Source of the DNA: Thelocarpon superellum
Taxonomy: Eukaryota
Reading direction: 5' to 3'
Assembly (NCBI GenBank): GCA_026025795.1
Contig: JAPEUG010000002.1
Span: 124,001 to 169,647 of the forward strand
Length of the DNA: 45,647 nucleotides
Shown: positions 42,635 to 45,647 of the stretch, piece by piece
Layout: every line of letters starts with the position of its first letter
How positions within the stretch are numbered: position 1 is the first letter of the stretch
Notes under the pieces: model-generated
Database searches by the model: none
The model's input: only the letters and a program-made list of their open reading frames with translations
What the model was told of the DNA's origin: nothing
Translations under genes and position numbers: made by a program

Positions 42635-43847
42635 ATGTTCAGCCTCTTGCTGCCCCGAGATGATCCGACGGGCGGAATCGAGCGCGGACCGCTGACGCCA
42701 GACACGACGCGCACGTCGTTGTTGGTGGCCATGCTGTCTATCGCCATGTACCAGGCGCTCCTGGTGCAGATTCAGGTCTTTGGGACCTTCAAGCGACGCA
42801 ACACCCTTTACTTCTGGTCACTCCTGGCCGCGTCGGCGGGGATCATGAGCCACTCGTTTGGCATCGTCCTGAAGTGGTTCGTGGGCGCGTGTCCGTGGCA
42901 GGTCAACACGGCCTTTGCCACGTTCGGCTGGTGGTTCATGGTTTCGGGCCAGAGCCTGGTGCTCTATTCGCGTCTACACCTGGTCGTGCGCAACCCACGC
43001 GTGCTTCAGGGTGTGCTGGCCATGATCGTCATCAACTTCATCATCTTTCAGATCCCCACGACCATCATGACCTTCGGGAGCACCCAGCTCAACCCGGGCG
43101 AGTGGCTGACGGTGTACAACGTCTACGAACGCATCCAGCTCTGCATATTCACGGTGCAAGAAGGCATCATCTCCATCATCTACATTCGTGCAGCGGTCAA
43201 GATGCTGCGTCCATCGGACCCGGAAGACACGCACCACACCAAAAAGTTCCTGATCTACATCAACATGATGTGCATCATCTTCGACCTGGCCTTTGTTGGC
43301 GAGGTGATGAGCGGCGAATGGGTTTACAAGACGGGCACGCAGTCGCTGGCGTATGGCACCAAGCTCACCTTTGAGTTTGTCGTGCTCAACAAGCTCATGG
43401 CCATGGCGAAACGGGGACCAAGCTCGGGGTACAACCACGGGCGCTCGGGCACGGGCACGGGTGGGGACGACACGGAGGAGACGGGCAACACGAGCAAGTG
43501 GTCGCTGGCCTTCAAGCCGACCGCGTGGGACCGCAAGCGACAGAGCGTGTCGCTCCCGTCCCACGAACCCCGCAGTCGTACGTGGGCTCCTGTGCCCGGT
43601 CTGGATGATTCGTCACACTGACCGCCTCACAGCTACGCAGCAGCCGACGGTTACGTATCAGATGTCGGTGCGGTCGGAGCGCAAGCCGAGCACAAGCAAG
43701 ACCTGGGAGGCGCCGTGGGCAGAGACCAACGTGCTCACGGAGGAAGGCGCCCAGCCAAGCGTGACCAACACCGTCGAGGCGACATCGCGCCCGAGTGCCG
43801 AGGCGCCGACGGCGGTGCTACCGGTGATGTCGCGCCACGGGGTCTAG
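42635..43847 (+). CDS. Fungal multi-pass (about 7 hydrophobic segments) integral membrane protein with cytosolic tail, 2 exons
   Basis: Exons 42635-43577 and 43633-43847 (intron GTACGT...CTGAC...CACAG). FKRRNTLYFWSLL, MVSGQSLVLYSRLHLV, YERIQLCIFTVQEGIIS, YGTKLTFEFVVLNKL resemble a widespread Pezizomycotina family of uncharacterised membrane proteins. Confidence 0.88.
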
Positions 43848-43950
43848 GGTCCAGGCCTCGCCGACGTCCTCGATTGTCAATGGATGTCGAACGCGCCTGT
43901 GGCTTTGGGCTGGGACCTACGGGGACGGATTTACGACGGACGAAGCAATG

Positions 43951-43987
43951 CGTGGCGTGGAGCGGCGTGGTGTGGTGTGGCGTTGCG
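43951..43987 (+). repeat. Degenerate pentamer repeat (YGTGG)n downstream of the membrane protein gene
   Basis: cgtgg cgtgg agcgg cgtgg tgtgg tgtgg cgttg. Confidence 0.6.
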
Positions 43988-45647
43988 CCTTTCAATCCCT
44001 CGCAAAGGATTGTGTCTGTTGATAGTGACAGCTTGTCAGCCGGGTCGCGCGATCTCTTCCTCTGCCCTCTGTGGCATGGTAGACGTGGTGAGTCAGGTGC
44101 AGCGTTTCAGGCGTTGTGGATGTACATATCAACGACACCGCAGACATACCGTTTAGGCCTTCTCGTCACTCCTCTCTGGATCCTGCCCTCTGTCCTGCGT
44201 CGTACCGGACGTGATGTAGCTGTTCGCACCGTCTCGTCCCATCTCGCCTCGCAGCGGTGGCCGGCAAAGCATGAGCTCCATTAATGCGGGATCCCTCATC
44301 CATGCTCTTCATGAAGAGCCCACACCATCGTCTCCCGAGTGATCCATCACTCGTGACCTCGCCACTTCTCCCCCTCTGCCGAAGACGTCCTTTCCCGTGA
44401 CCGAGCTGGTGGACCGTCGCAGCTCAGTCCTTACCTGATGGAGCGAGCCACTTGCTATGCCATGGATGAACCAGGGTGAATGCTGAGAGAAAGGGAGGAG
44501 TGGTCAGACCAACGATCGTGCTACCCTTAGCTCCACCCTCGGCTCCACGCCTGCGACGCTAGGATCCGGGTCCTCCAGCACAACCAAAAACGCATCGAAG
44601 TCGAACAGCCAACACGATCCGGTCCCAAATGATCCGGTATTACAAATTCAAAGCTTCAGCCGGTGAGAGCACCACTCCTGTCCAGCCTGTTGAACCCCCT
44701 CCGCCGTGTGGCGGAAGGTCTAGATTGGCGTGGAACGCATCAGAGCCCGGTTCGTTACTGTTCCTGGCCATGAACTGAATGTATGTTGCGGACGCACGTA
44801 CGTTTTCCGTGAAAAGCACATCAGACGCGCGCATACCACGCGGTAGGCGACGCAGGCATCGGAGCTACAGTACTTATCACCCGTCATCTTCTGAAACATT
44901 CACCGCCGCGCAGTCGAGCAGATAAGCTGGTGTCGATCATTGCACCACCACCGTCCAGGCCCCTGTAGCCTCAGCTGTGGACGAGCGCACATACGATACA
45001 CAGCTATGTTATGTATGCCCAACGGCGCGTCGAGGCATGATGCAAGCAAGGATCGATGGAAGGATTGACCACGAGCGAGCGGCGCCGAGGTCGGCAGTGC
45101 GTATGCTGGCTCAAGCCTGGACCGAGTCCGCCATGACGCTCGGAGGAATCTAATCTTCCTACCTGTTTGTCCCGATGGTCACAAGTTGAGCCCTGGAAGT
45201 ATCGAGCGTGCTCGATAGGTTGATGAAAGCCGGGTAAGCGCATGAGAGTCAGGAGGAAGCGACGGCCTAGGTCGCCCTTCTCGACCTACGGTCGAAGGTC
45301 AAGGTGCTGGGAAGACGTCTGCTAGGAGAGGAGTCGACAATGATGGTCACCTCGTCCTTGTGATCCTGGGAGCTGTAGATCGGCCATAAACGTTGCGCGA
45401 AACCGATTGCTGATTCTTTCCTGGCGCTGGTGCTGCAAGGAATCTCCGTCGAAACAGGTCACGCTCCAGGTGCGCGCAGCAGATCGGTACGCAACCCGCC
45501 CAATATCATGGCATCTATAACCACAACCAACGCGACCCGGATACGTGCGGACTAAGGCTTGTGCATTCATAACTCTCTATGAATACTTCTCCTTACTATA
45601 TTGGTATGCAGGGGCGATGTCGGAGATGGCAACCGGGTCGGCTTCGT

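Noticed and set aside
1..45647. CRISPR arrays, transposons, rRNA/snRNA or prokaryotic operon-type systems
   Set aside because: No repeat-spacer arrays, transposase or RT motifs, terminal repeats or recognisable structural RNA sequences were seen; the genes are intron-containing eukaryotic housekeeping genes.

Overview
GC-rich, gene-dense genomic DNA from a filamentous ascomycete (Pezizomycotina-type proteins; short, roughly 50-150 nt spliceosomal introns with CTRAY branch points). I reconstructed 16 protein-coding genes by hand. In order: BTB/POZ protein (-), type II membrane protein (-), NADP-dependent alkenal reductase-type MDR oxidoreductase (+), trifunctional HIS4/his-3 (+), beta-MPP/core I (-), SDH4 (+), UTP11 (-), CMC1-family twin-CX9C protein (+), TAF9 (-), lipin PAH1/Ned1 (-), TM-FN3-coiled-coil protein (+), THG1 (-), RPB1 (-), SWD1 (+), NPR2 (-) and a multi-pass membrane protein (+). 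I found no mobile element, CRISPR array or RNA gene, so this reads as a housekeeping block and not an obviously new system. The best leads are fine-scale: tandem 3' splice sites flanking a TGA that toggle a PTS1-like TKL tail on the oxidoreductase, an Ala->Thr change in the RPB1 trigger loop, an intron inside the RPB1 CTD whose donor contains a stop codon, a PAM2-like motif in the membrane-anchored FN3 protein, a GC-AG intron in THG1, a GAG-acceptor micro-exon in SDH4, and SWD1/NPR2 stop codons only 11 bp apart. No database searches were run; family calls rest on recalled motifs.
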